Below, piece after piece: positions 1-8,449 of a stretch of 34,695 nt of DNA. Origin of the DNA: an uncultured Gammaproteobacteria bacterium. GTDB taxonomy: Bacteria; Patescibacteriota; Patescibacteriia; UBA9934. Location of the stretch: contig CAYVLY010000002.1 in the NCBI GenBank assembly GCA_964452565.1, positions 185,166 through 219,860 of the forward strand. Reading direction: 5' to 3'. The notes beneath the pieces are model-generated. The model ran no database searches. It saw only the letters and a program-made list of their open reading frames with translations, and was not told the DNA's origin. Numbering within the stretch: the stretch's first letter is position 1; each line of letters begins with the position of its first letter. Position numbers and translations under genes: made by a program.

Positions 1-37
1 ACTGGGTCTGGAGGTTTGGAGGGTGAAACGCCTCCAA
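1..37. repeat. 37-nt hairpin-forming intergenic repeat (copy cut by window edge)
   Basis: 1-37 is identical to 10692-10728. Contains a TTGGAGG-N8-CCTCCAA stem-loop. Lies just 3' of the FemX-like gene. Confidence 0.85.
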
Positions 38-44
38 TTTTAAT

Positions 45-992
45 CTAAACCTTAAACCTCCTCACCCCCCGCACAGCCCTATACAATCCGTACCACATAT
101 GTTTCATTTGTAAATCAAACGTTCCGGGGTGTTCGATTATATCGCCGTTAAATCCTTTTTTATATCTTGTAATCCCCTGCCATGGATGCTTTGGCCCAGA
201 TCCTTCTGGTGCAATACCCCAAAAATCAAACGTATGCATACCCTGCCGAATCGCGTCCTCGATGAGATACCAATGAACCAGGTGTGGTGCCATAACATTT
301 CGATGCAAGTTGCTTGATGCCCCATGCAGATAAGTTCTTACTCCTGCAAAGTCGATCATGATATTTGCGCAAATCACCCTTTCCTCATAAAAACCAACTG
401 CCAAATAGGCTTTAGCGCCATCATTCTTCATAGCCTCGAGCATTGCGCGATAATATGCCTCTGGGTGTGCAGAGAACTTGTCTCGTGTTGTGGTCTGTTC
501 AAGTAAACGCACAAAATCTTCGAAACGATGCATATTTACAATCTTTGGTACTACACCCTTGCGCTGTGCCAGCCTAATATTATAGCGGGTTTTGGATTTG
601 AGATTGTTGAAAATCCCATCCTTGCCTTTGGAAAGATCGAGCACGGTAGTTGTTGATGGTTGCATGTCATTAACCTTCTGAAGTCCTGGGTCTTCAACTG
701 GCTCAAGACGGGAAAACATGGCACCAGGCAACTCCTCGCGCAGCACTTCGATTCTATGGTCTATTGACGCTGATCCTATCGGCCCTTTTGGTATGTACCA
801 ATAATACTGACCAAGTGGTAAAGGGATCTTAATCGCCTGCGCTAGGGTTACACCCTGCTCATCGTCTCGATATATACGCTCTACAACACGTCCGAGCGAC
901 CGCTGAAACTCACCCCACTGCCAGGAATGCAAAAATCCGCCAAAGCGCGGTGCGTGCTGTTCAACTAAGTTGTTCCACGATTTTCGATCCAT
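45..992 (-). CDS. FemAB-family peptidoglycan interpeptide-bridge aminoacyltransferase (FemX/MurM-like)
   Basis: 315-aa ORF. The N-terminal FGGFLHSWQWGEFQ region and overall length and pattern are typical of the FemAB family. Stop-start gap to ruvA is 1 nt. Confidence 0.7.
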   Translation of the reverse strand: MDRKSWNNLVEQHAPRFGGFLHSWQWGEFQRSLGRVVERIYRDDEQGVTLAQAIKIPLPLGQYYWYIPKGPIGSASIDHRIEVLREELPGAMFSRLEPVEDPGLQKVNDMQPSTTTVLDLSKGKDGIFNNLKSKTRYNIRLAQRKGVVPKIVNMHRFEDFVRLLEQTTTRDKFSAHPEAYYRAMLEAMKNDGAKAYLAVGFYEERVICANIMIDFAGVRTYLHGASSNLHRNVMAPHLVHWYLIEDAIRQGMHTFDFWGIAPEGSGPKHPWQGITRYKKGFNGDIIEHPGTFDLQMKHMWYGLYRAVRGVRRFKV

Positions 993-993
993 A

Positions 994-1536
994 CTACTGT
1001 GAAAACAGCTTTAGTGCATACTTTATCTTCTCTTCAATAGTCTCCCCTTCTACTTTTCTAGAAATCTCCATAGCCTCACGGCGTCCGTATCCAAGACTTA
1101 CAAGCGCCTCGATTGTATCGTAATCATCTTGAGGTGACTCTTCCTCTTTTACTAAAACTCCCTTAAGCTCTAGGATGATCTTCTGCGCCGTCTTCTTACC
1201 AACACCCGGTATACTGGTAAGAAACGCTAGATCTTCTTTCAAGATTCGATCCTGGATCTGCTCGGGATTTGCTGAACCTAAAATCTTCTGCCCTAAACGC
1301 GGCCCAACCCCATTAATGTCAATCAACTTTTGAAACAAATCTATTGTCATCAACTCTGGTGCCCCAAATAACTCACGTCGATCCTCACGAATATGATCAT
1401 AAATATGCCAACTAACCAACTCGCCGATCTGAGGAGAGCATCCCATATAAAAGACCCTGTAACCAATACCATGTGTGAAGACAACACATGTATCAAGTGC
1501 CACAGATTGTATTGTTCCTTCTAAATATGCGATCAT
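994..1536 (-). CDS. ruvA: Holliday junction branch-migration complex subunit RuvA
   Basis: MIAYLEGTI N-terminus and two HhH motifs (INGVGPRLGQKIL, IPGVGKKTAQKIILELK). Start moved to internal Met13 of the ORF (1536), which gives the canonical RuvA N-terminus. Confidence 0.85.
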   Translation of the reverse strand: MIAYLEGTIQSVALDTCVVFTHGIGYRVFYMGCSPQIGELVSWHIYDHIREDRRELFGAPELMTIDLFQKLIDINGVGPRLGQKILGSANPEQIQDRILKEDLAFLTSIPGVGKKTAQKIILELKGVLVKEEESPQDDYDTIEALVSLGYGRREAMEISRKVEGETIEEKIKYALKLFSQ

Positions 1537-1610
1537 ACTTTTTATAATCCAGCCGCACTGCGGGCCTGCCAACAGGCAAGGAGGGGCTAGGGGTGGTTGC
1601 TACCGAATTT

Positions 1611-1670
1611 GTCATCCTGAACGAAGTGAAGGATCTGCTTGAGTAGATTCTTCGCTGTGCTCAGAATGAC
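1611..1670. repeat. Palindromic intergenic element, GTCATYCTGA...TCAGAATGAC family
   Basis: Inverted repeat: gtcatcctgaacgaagtgaaggatc / gattcttcgctgtgctcagaatgac. Related copies at 11225-11283 and 22592-22722. Confidence 0.8.
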
Positions 1671-1708
1671 ACAATAAGCCGCCCCTCACCCCCATCAACT
1701 TGAGCATC

Positions 1709-2902
1709 TTACTCCACCTTTGACCGGTATAGCAAATGCGCCTCTTGGATCCTTGAATAAAGCTTGTCCTTATATTCATCAAGTCCTGAAAGGTCACCGG
1801 TCTCCACCGCCTTTCTAACTTTTTCAATGATCATAGCTCTACCAGGACCAAATGGAATCTCAAGCAGTGTAAATACTTCTTCTGATCCAAGGCCAACACT
1901 TTCCATTATCTTTTTAAACTCTTGCTTCTTCTTATCTTCCTGCTTTTGAAGCCTTGCCTTCCGACGATCCTCATCTGCAAGCTCCTCAGAGCGCATCATA
2001 TTCAAGATCAATTCAGTGTCCGGCTTTAGCGTTCCATTTTCATATCCCATGCTACCAATCAGGGCGTCCAAAAGAAGCGCGGCGGTTTGCAGGTCTAAGA
2101 AATCATCACTATCGATTCCTGACTTTTGAGCAACACGTTTTAAATAATTGTATCGCGCGCCGTCTGGCTTGTTTTCAACAAACAAGATTACTTCAATGTG
2201 ATATCTGATCAACAACAGTAGAATCTCACGATCTCGTGCGGTAAGCCTACAAAGATCTTCTACAGCCCCCCTGACTTCCTCATACTCATCAGACGCAGCC
2301 ACTTGTGCATGTCGCTTATAGCTGACCTTGATTTGATATTCCTCATAAAACTCAATTGCTATCTGGTGAGGTGGTAGATCAGGATGCTGGACCTTAAATG
2401 CATTCAATAACTTTAGATAGCGATCAACAAGCATGCTTTTTTTAAGCCGAGTGTCCTTTGCAAAGCCCTCAGCAGCGCCCTTTGATCCTTTTGGAGACTT
2501 GAATGTAACTACATCATACTTTGCAATGTCGTGAAGCAAGGTGAAAGCCTTGAGTGTTGCTGCATTTTCACAGATGACATCTTCAAGCTCTACAATCTCA
2601 TTTCGAAAATGCTTTTCACGCGCAAACTCCTCAATCTGCAAAAGTGACACCTTGTCTTCACAAATAGCAAAAAGTCCTGCAAGCATGGCCTCGATATGAT
2701 TGGTCATGAGCGGTCCCTCTGCATGGTGATTCGCAGACTGTGGTGTGCGATGAATCTGTGCGAGCTTGCTCACTTGCGCCTCAAACTCATACATAACATC
2801 ACGCGCCTTACGCAGATTCTCATCTGTAACTATAAAACGATGCATCCATTGTAAGAATGGATAGGTTTCTTTTTGCTTTTTATGATCTACGCGGTCAAAC
2901 AT
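1709..2902 (-). CDS. HD-domain metal-dependent phosphohydrolase family protein (function unknown)
   Basis: 397-aa ORF with an H...HD signature (HHAEGPLMTNHIEAM ... LLHDIAKYD). No closer assignment possible by eye. Confidence 0.5.
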   Translation of the reverse strand: MFDRVDHKKQKETYPFLQWMHRFIVTDENLRKARDVMYEFEAQVSKLAQIHRTPQSANHHAEGPLMTNHIEAMLAGLFAICEDKVSLLQIEEFAREKHFRNEIVELEDVICENAATLKAFTLLHDIAKYDVVTFKSPKGSKGAAEGFAKDTRLKKSMLVDRYLKLLNAFKVQHPDLPPHQIAIEFYEEYQIKVSYKRHAQVAASDEYEEVRGAVEDLCRLTARDREILLLLIRYHIEVILFVENKPDGARYNYLKRVAQKSGIDSDDFLDLQTAALLLDALIGSMGYENGTLKPDTELILNMMRSEELADEDRRKARLQKQEDKKKQEFKKIMESVGLGSEEVFTLLEIPFGPGRAMIIEKVRKAVETGDLSGLDEYKDKLYSRIQEAHLLYRSKVE

Positions 2903-2910
2903 GTAATTGT

Positions 2911-2918
2911 ATTATACA
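2911..2918 (-). promoter_or_regulatory. Extended -10 box (TGTATAAT) 8 nt upstream of the HD-gene ATG; probable leaderless transcript
   Basis: Minus strand reads TGTATAAT-acaattac-ATG. Same geometry recurs at 9 other genes in the window. Confidence 0.55.
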
Positions 2919-2940
2919 GTATGCGTCTTTTTGGGCCCAG

Positions 2941-2974
2941 AAACGACAAACGCCCGGGTCGAGAAGACCGGGCG
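2941..2974 (-). terminator. Intrinsic terminator of GC-rich unit A; same family as the cassette-array 3' module
   Basis: Minus strand: CTACGCCCGG-loop-CCGGGCG followed by TTTGTCGTTT. Shares the CTACGCCCGRG...CYCGGGCGTTGT pattern with 14158-14210 and 15963-16017. Confidence 0.7.
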
Positions 2975-3023
2975 TAGACTGACACGCGGGCCAGTAGGTT
3001 GCGTGCATGTGTCGGAATAAACA

Positions 3024-3236
3024 TTACTTCTCCGACAGGATGTCGTGACCCTCCTTAACAAGGGCAGCCTCGAGATCCACGAGGTCCCCGTGGGTCAACA
3101 GAGACTCACCAAAGACATGTACCGCCATTTGTGGCGTGACTTCGGTAGCAGTCCGATACCAGTCCGCCTCAATCTGACGCCATGTCTCGCGAGCCTGAGA
3201 GAGTGCCAGCTCCCTTTCGCTGTCAGTAACGGTCAA
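3024..3236 (-). CDS. GC-rich ORFan A, 70-aa acidic helical protein
   Basis: TTG start preceded by AAGGAG with a 6-nt spacer. Terminator follows downstream. GC-rich relative to flanks. An antisense shadow ORF (3045-3275) lacks such signals. Confidence 0.55.
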   Translation of the reverse strand: MTVTDSERELALSQARETWRQIEADWYRTATEVTPQMAVHVFGESLLTHGDLVDLEAALVKEGHDILSEK

Positions 3237-3300
3237 AAAGAACTCCTTTGCAGGTCGCTAGCAGATGCGACGTAGCACACTCACCTTAACAAATATTTAC

Positions 3301-3331
3301 CAAAAACAAAACAGGCCCCAAGGGCCTGTTT
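3301..3331 (-). terminator. Intrinsic terminator after the DHH-like gene
   Basis: Minus strand: AAACAGGCCC-ttg-GGGCCTGTTT followed by TGTTTTT. Confidence 0.7.
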
Positions 3332-3363
3332 GCAAACTATAAGTTCTGTAGGACTTATAGGTC

Positions 3364-4194
3364 TTATTTCAACGATTTAATAAGTTTGTCGGTCGGAACT
3401 AGCTCACCGTCTCTCGGAGAAATCATCCCCCAGCACTTACCACCTCCAAAAAGAAAACCACTATATTTTTCAATAAGCTCTTTGGCCTTATCCGTCTCTT
3501 GAACATACAGCTTTCGATTTCCCTGCTTGATGATCGCAGGTGTTGGCTTTCCGTACTCGTCGAATATAAAATATGAGACTGCATCACGGAGATCAATGTC
3601 ATCATTGTCGCTTTCGATGATTAAGAAGCCGTTCTGCTCACGCCGGCCTTCCCAAGCCTTCTTAGCCTGCACTTCCTCTTCTTTGCGCTCTTTGAACCCA
3701 AGTTCATACACCAGTTCTTTGATGTATTGAACTCCACGCTTTTGATCTGCTTCTGACAGGCCAATCTTTTGCAGCTCCCACAAAAATCCGCGATCAACTG
3801 CTGCTACAGCCATCACAAGCATTGGATCAAAGCCAACCTCTTTAAGTTCGTCATCATCGATCTCATACAAATCCAAAAACTGCTCTAAAGAACTTTGCTT
3901 ATTAAGCCGATCCAAGTCATTGTACTGATGATGATCGATAATATACACTTCAATGCCAGCTTTCTGAAGCTCCTTCTCAGTCTCAACTCCAGGAATTTCA
4001 ACAATAGCCACAGCTAATGCCTCAGGATCGGCTTTTTTGACCTTTTTAATAAGATCCTTCTCTTTATCTAAAGTCGCCCCATGCCCCTGCTGCGACACAA
4101 TCATCGGAATTTCTAACGCCTTTGCGATCTTAATAATCAAAAGCGATTCCTCATCATTTCGCGGGCAGATAAGTACTGTGTGCTTACTTTGCAT
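3364..4194 (-). CDS. DHH-family phosphoesterase-like protein (tentative)
   Basis: Start reset to the ATG at 4194, 1 nt after the ileS stop (the longer ORF would overlap ileS). IIDHHQ and C-terminal FGGGK resemble DHH motifs III and IV. Motif I is unclear. Confidence 0.4.
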   Translation of the reverse strand: MQSKHTVLICPRNDEESLLIIKIAKALEIPMIVSQQGHGATLDKEKDLIKKVKKADPEALAVAIVEIPGVETEKELQKAGIEVYIIDHHQYNDLDRLNKQSSLEQFLDLYEIDDDELKEVGFDPMLVMAVAAVDRGFLWELQKIGLSEADQKRGVQYIKELVYELGFKERKEEEVQAKKAWEGRREQNGFLIIESDNDDIDLRDAVSYFIFDEYGKPTPAIIKQGNRKLYVQETDKAKELIEKYSGFLFGGGKCWGMISPRDGELVPTDKLIKSLK

Positions 4195-4195
4195 A

Positions 4196-7081
4196 CTAAA
4201 AACCAAGCCAAATATCTTGCTCTGCAATTCGGACTTCTTTCTGATGCTCAACCGCATCACTTCGATCAAATTCGATCGAATCTGCAAGTGTTGCCTCTTT
4301 GATAGAATCCGCGTGCTCTTCGTAGAGCTTCTTTACCTCATCCGCCTCTGAATAAATCTTAAGTGCTATTCGATCATTGATAGTCAAGCCTGCTTCCTTA
4401 CGCATCTGATTCACACGACGTGTAATGTCGCGGACCATTCCTTCGCGGATCAACTCAGGAGTTAATTCCATATTTACTTCAACCTTCAAATCACCCTTCT
4501 TAACCTTCATGGACTTAACATTCACCTCATCGAGGATCACAGCTTGATATTCATTTGAAACTTTCCCTAAAGGCACCCACACGGTCATATCACCCAAAGC
4601 CTGTTTGATCGGACGACCAGCCTCCTCACGAGCATCCAAAACTCTACTAACAATCGCCCGCGCTTCACCCATCTTTTCAATCACAGCATCATCGACTGAA
4701 TCTAGGTGCGGCCAATCCTCAAGATGAACACTTAAACGCTCTTCATCTCCCTTATACTCACCAGCGATCCCTTGATACAACTCTTCTCCCAAGTACGGCA
4801 TAAACGGTGCAACCATCTTTGAAAAAGTCTCAAGCACCCCACGGAGCGTTGCAAGCGCCTCAAGCTGATCCTCACCTTCAATTTTGAATCGATCGCGTGA
4901 TCGACGCACATACCAAGTAGAAAGATCAGTAACAAAGCTTTGGAGTACACGTGCTGCAAGTGTAAGCTCATATGCCTCAAGTGCCTCAGTTTGCTCTTTC
5001 AATGTCTGGTTCAAGCGAGACAGGATCCAATTATCTAAGACATGCTTTCCTGATGGTGCTCGACCGTCATCATGTTCCTGATACAACTGATAGAACGAGA
5101 GAACATTGTTCATTATATTGATGAACTTTTTTGATACTTCTGACACGCCCTCTTCGCTAAACCGCAGATTCTCAGCACGCACCACAGGAGTTGACATTAA
5201 GTAATATCGAACCGCATCAGCTCCATACTTTTCCATCACTTCCATTGGATCTGGGTAGTTATTCAGACGCTTTGACATCTTCTTTCCATCTTCTGCCAGA
5301 ACAATTCCATTCACAATCACGTTTTTGAAAGCTGGCATTTGGAACAATGCATTTGAAAGCACGTGTAAAGTGTAAAACCATCCACGGGTTTGATCCTGTC
5401 CCTCTGCAATAAACTCTGCTGGGAATCCTTGCTCAAACTTTTGCTTGTTATTAAACGGATAATGCAGCTGCGCATATGGCATTGAGCCTGACTCAAACCA
5501 GCAGTCTAGAACCTCATCGATGCGCTTGTAAACCTTACCGTCTTTATTGATCTTAATCGTATCAACAATGTGCTTATGAAGATCCTTAACTTTCTTTCCT
5601 GATAGCTCTTCAAGTTCTGAACGTGATCCAATGCAAATAGTATCACCATCTTCTGACTGCCAAACCGGTAATGGGGTTCCCCAAAACCGCGAGCGAGAGA
5701 TCGCCCAATCACGCGCACCTTCGAGCCACTTTCCAAATCGACCTTCTTTTATATTGCCCGGCACCCAGTTAATCTCTTTGTTTGTATTGATAAGCTGATT
5801 CTTAATCTCAGTCACACGCACAAACCATGATGATGTTGAATAGTTCAAAAGTGGAGTATCACAGCGCCAACAGTGTGGGTAGCTATGCTTAACCTTTTCT
5901 TTCTTAAATAACTTTTCATTGTGCGCAAGCCACTTCAATACCTCAATATCTACGCTCATCGTGTCTCCTTTTTGTTTCAGTGGCCGATCCTTAACTTCAT
6001 ATCCTTCTTTCTGCAAAGGATCTGCAATCTCGGTTACAAATGTTCCATCCATATTGACATGCACGATTGGTTCAACCTCCTCTGCAAGACCCAATCGCAT
6101 ATCATCCTCTCCAAACCCAGGTGCAATATGTACGATTCCGGTTCCATCTTCGGTTGATACAAAATCTGCAGCAACAACTCGAAATGCATTTTTATGACCC
6201 TTGAAGAACGGGAACAGTGGCTCATAGGTTGATCCAACAAGGTCAATGCCTCTGATCATCTCGACCCAATCGTATTTAATGTCACTAAGTACCTCATCGA
6301 TTAATGATTTTGCAAGAATCAACTTTTCACCCTCAACTTCAACAACAACATAGTCAACATCTGCACCAACAGCGGCCAACACGTTTCCGGGAAGCGTCCA
6401 CGGGGTTGTGGTCCAAACCAAGAGCGATGCATCTTTAAACTTTCCGCTCTTAAGCTTCATCTTCACAATCACTGAGATGTCGGTCACATCTTGGTAGCCT
6501 TGTGTAACTTCGAAGTTTGATAAAACAGTCTCACAACGTGGACAGATATGCATTGGCTTTTGCCCCTCATAGATCATGTCCTTATCCCAAAGCGACTTGA
6601 ATACCCACCAGATTGATTCCATGTACTCCAAATCCATGGTCTTGTACGCGTTTTCCATGTCGATCCATCGACCAAGTCGTCGCACAACTTTTTTCCACTC
6701 ATCAACATATGTCAAAACACATGACCGACACTTATCATTGAATTGATCTATTCCGAATTCTTCAATTGCCTTGCGTGATCCAAGGTCAAACTGCTTTTCA
6801 ACAATGTTCTCAACTGGCAACCCATGACAGTCCCAACCCCAAACACGCTCAACGCGATAACCACGCATAGTCCAATAGCGAGGCACAACGTCCTTCATTA
6901 CGCTCGCAACAATATGTCCGTAGTGCGGAAGGCCGGTTGCAAATGGGGGGCCATCATAAAAGACATAAGGCCTCCCCTCAGGCCGGCCCTCTACAGATTT
7001 TTCAAAACATTTGTACATGTCCCAATAATCTGCAATCTTATGCTCTTTTTGGGAATGAGTTTCGCGGTTTTTCTCTGTCAT
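4196..7081 (-). CDS. ileS: Isoleucine--tRNA ligase, type 2 (eukaryote-like) form
   Basis: 961 aa. PPFATGLPHYGH (HIGH region), KMSKR (KMSKS), WCISR-like WAISRSRFWGTP. Length and N-terminus are typical of type-2 IleRS. Confidence 0.93.
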   Translation of the reverse strand: MTEKNRETHSQKEHKIADYWDMYKCFEKSVEGRPEGRPYVFYDGPPFATGLPHYGHIVASVMKDVVPRYWTMRGYRVERVWGWDCHGLPVENIVEKQFDLGSRKAIEEFGIDQFNDKCRSCVLTYVDEWKKVVRRLGRWIDMENAYKTMDLEYMESIWWVFKSLWDKDMIYEGQKPMHICPRCETVLSNFEVTQGYQDVTDISVIVKMKLKSGKFKDASLLVWTTTPWTLPGNVLAAVGADVDYVVVEVEGEKLILAKSLIDEVLSDIKYDWVEMIRGIDLVGSTYEPLFPFFKGHKNAFRVVAADFVSTEDGTGIVHIAPGFGEDDMRLGLAEEVEPIVHVNMDGTFVTEIADPLQKEGYEVKDRPLKQKGDTMSVDIEVLKWLAHNEKLFKKEKVKHSYPHCWRCDTPLLNYSTSSWFVRVTEIKNQLINTNKEINWVPGNIKEGRFGKWLEGARDWAISRSRFWGTPLPVWQSEDGDTICIGSRSELEELSGKKVKDLHKHIVDTIKINKDGKVYKRIDEVLDCWFESGSMPYAQLHYPFNNKQKFEQGFPAEFIAEGQDQTRGWFYTLHVLSNALFQMPAFKNVIVNGIVLAEDGKKMSKRLNNYPDPMEVMEKYGADAVRYYLMSTPVVRAENLRFSEEGVSEVSKKFINIMNNVLSFYQLYQEHDDGRAPSGKHVLDNWILSRLNQTLKEQTEALEAYELTLAARVLQSFVTDLSTWYVRRSRDRFKIEGEDQLEALATLRGVLETFSKMVAPFMPYLGEELYQGIAGEYKGDEERLSVHLEDWPHLDSVDDAVIEKMGEARAIVSRVLDAREEAGRPIKQALGDMTVWVPLGKVSNEYQAVILDEVNVKSMKVKKGDLKVEVNMELTPELIREGMVRDITRRVNQMRKEAGLTINDRIALKIYSEADEVKKLYEEHADSIKEATLADSIEFDRSDAVEHQKEVRIAEQDIWLGF

Positions 7082-7090
7082 AATGGTGTC

Positions 7091-7119
7091 ATATTATCAG
7101 TGAATCGGGCTTTTTTCAA
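7091..7119 (-). promoter_or_regulatory. ileS promoter TTGAAA-N17-TAATAT, -10 box 9 nt from the ATG
   Basis: Minus strand: TTGAAAaaagcccgattcactgaTAATATgacaccattATG. Confidence 0.55.
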
Positions 7120-7170
7120 GCAAATCGTCTGGATTCCAGCCGTCGCTACTTCGTAGCTATGGATGGCAGG

Positions 7171-7196
7171 CTGTATTCTGGGTTCTGTATTCTGCG
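7171..7196. repeat. CTGTRTTCTG-type short tandem motif
   Basis: ctgtattctgggttctgtattctgcg. Related copies at 10444-10469 (opposite orientation) and 24463-24493. Confidence 0.6.
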
Positions 7197-7200
7197 GGCA

Positions 7201-7229
7201 TTGACTTTTTCACACAAAAATGCTAATTT
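7201..7229 (+). promoter_or_regulatory. Promoter of GC-rich unit B1 (TTGACT-N17-TAATTT)
   Basis: Hexamers at 7201-7206 and 7224-7229 with a 17-nt spacer. Confidence 0.6.
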
Positions 7230-7272
7230 CCCACTGACCTTAGCCGCCCGAGAGGGCAAAGGAGTGAGAGGA

Positions 7273-7722
7273 GTGGAAAGAGAAAGAAAAAAAAGTCTGC
7301 TTGTGAAAGTCGGGCATGCCCACGGCATCGTGAAGCTGACCCGCAATGGACACGGCTTCCTCGTGATCGACAAGAGCATGACTGTCCAGGTGCATCCACC
7401 AGAAACAGTCGCCGAGATCATGGGCAATGCCAGCATCGAGCTGCGGCGAGGCACCCACTGTGACGACCTGATCGTGATTTTCGACAAGGTCGGCAACCGC
7501 GTGCGCGTCAACGGCCTGGTGGCTGTGAGCGAACCCCGCGACCGCGCCGGAGCCTACGAGGAGATCAACCCCCGCCCGCACAGCCACGATGTTCTCTGTG
7601 GCCCAAGTGATGCCGTGCACCACATCAGCATCGTCCGTGGTGACAGAGTGCTCAAGCTCACGCTCAAGTACAGCTGGGGCTATCCGGTCGGCAGCACCGT
7701 GCCCATCAACAAGCGCGGCTAG
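7273..7722 (+). CDS. GC-rich ORFan B1 (about 149 aa)
   Basis: GTG at 7273 preceded by AAGGAG (7259-7264) with an 8-nt spacer. Strong G/C at codon position 3 in this frame. Promoter upstream and terminator downstream. Overlapping minus-strand ORFs read through these signals. Confidence 0.55.
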   Translation: MERERKKSLLVKVGHAHGIVKLTRNGHGFLVIDKSMTVQVHPPETVAEIMGNASIELRRGTHCDDLIVIFDKVGNRVRVNGLVAVSEPRDRAGAYEEINPRPHSHDVLCGPSDAVHHISIVRGDRVLKLTLKYSWGYPVGSTVPINKRG

Positions 7723-7747
7723 CCAGCCCCACGAACCCGTACACCTC

Positions 7748-7786
7748 CACCCCTCGTCTCTTGACGTGGGGTGATCTGCTTTTGTT
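7748..7786 (+). terminator. Intrinsic terminator of B1
   Basis: CACCCC-N14-GGGGTG followed by atctgcttttgtt. Confidence 0.65.
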
Positions 7787-7813
7787 GACATTTACAGCTT
7801 TGGCTGCTAACTT
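7785..7813 (+). promoter_or_regulatory. Promoter of GC-rich unit B2 (TTGACA-N17-TAACTT)
   Basis: Hexamers at 7785-7790 and 7808-7813 with a 17-nt spacer. Confidence 0.6.
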
Positions 7814-7858
7814 CGACACAGCTTAAACCCAAACGCCTTAGCGGTGAAAGGATCGCCA

Positions 7859-8290
7859 ATGCCCCTCCTTCATTCAATTCACTTCTGTGGTCGAGTGGTT
7901 GTCGGCGAAACAGAACCCGCCAACAAAACTAAGATCATTCTCAGTAAAACCACTTCAATCCGTGACGTGTGGCCAGACTACATAGCCAGGGTGATGGGTG
8001 GTCTACGCATAGTCCTGACCCTAACTCCCAGCAGCCTAGTCATCTCTCTACCACAGGACCTGCATGGAAGAGCGGTCAAGTACATGGGCCATATACTGCG
8101 GCCCAACGGGATCACAACAATCAGGCCCTCCAGGGGCATCCATGACCTGACTGTAGTAGCACCTGACGGCTCTTGGCTTGGATTCGATATCTTCTTGGGA
8201 ACCTCCCAGCAGGCTGACGACTTGGTGGACTTGCCTGAGGATGCAAGATACCCCGCGGGAGCCACCCCAGCAACGTCCATGCTTCACTAG
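7859..8290 (+). CDS. GC-rich ORFan B2 (about 143 aa)
   Basis: ATG at 7859 preceded by AAAGGA with a 6-nt spacer (the ORF track starts at the GTG at 7844). Weak hairpin plus T-run at about 8306-8345. Confidence 0.55.
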   Translation: MPLLHSIHFCGRVVVGETEPANKTKIILSKTTSIRDVWPDYIARVMGGLRIVLTLTPSSLVISLPQDLHGRAVKYMGHILRPNGITTIRPSRGIHDLTVVAPDGSWLGFDIFLGTSQQADDLVDLPEDARYPAGATPATSMLH

Positions 8291-8350
8291 CCACCATTTA
8301 CCTCCTCCGCGCCTCGCACATCTCGTGCGGGGCTCATGCTTTTTAAAAAG

Positions 8351-8386
8351 GCGATAAAGGTTAAAAAGGTGATTAAAAGTGATTGT
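8351..8386 (+). repeat. GTGAT-triplet element (GCGATAAAGG..AGGTGATTAAAAGTGATTG)
   Basis: Aligns with 21513-21548. Inverted copies at 21568-21600 and 12208-12246. Confidence 0.7.
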
Positions 8387-8449
8387 CTGAATCATCCAAA
8401 CAACTGTGCACTGTGCACTGCGAACTGAGCACTGGTATACTGTTAATAT

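Noticed and set aside
1612-1827. 71-aa ORF crossing the palindromic repeat at 1611-1670
   Set aside because: Its translation consists largely of the repeat element and overlaps the 3' end of the HD-domain gene. It is a typical repeat-derived spurious ORF.
4195-4287. Longer version of the DHH-like ORF overlapping ileS by 92 nt
   Set aside because: An internal ATG at 4194 lies 1 nt after the ileS stop, giving tight coupling. The extension would be translated from the ileS C-terminal coding region in another frame.
7146-7791. Minus-strand ORFs 7146-7511 (121 aa) and 7240-7791 (183 aa), and plus-strand ORF 7589-7774, in island B
   Set aside because: - These are shadow frames of a GC-rich region.
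- The 183-aa ORF starts inside the B1 terminator and B2 promoter, lacks an SD or promoter, and is His/Asp/Ala-rich, as expected for the antisense of a GC3-rich gene.
- The plus-strand frame from 7273 has a promoter, an SD and a terminator.
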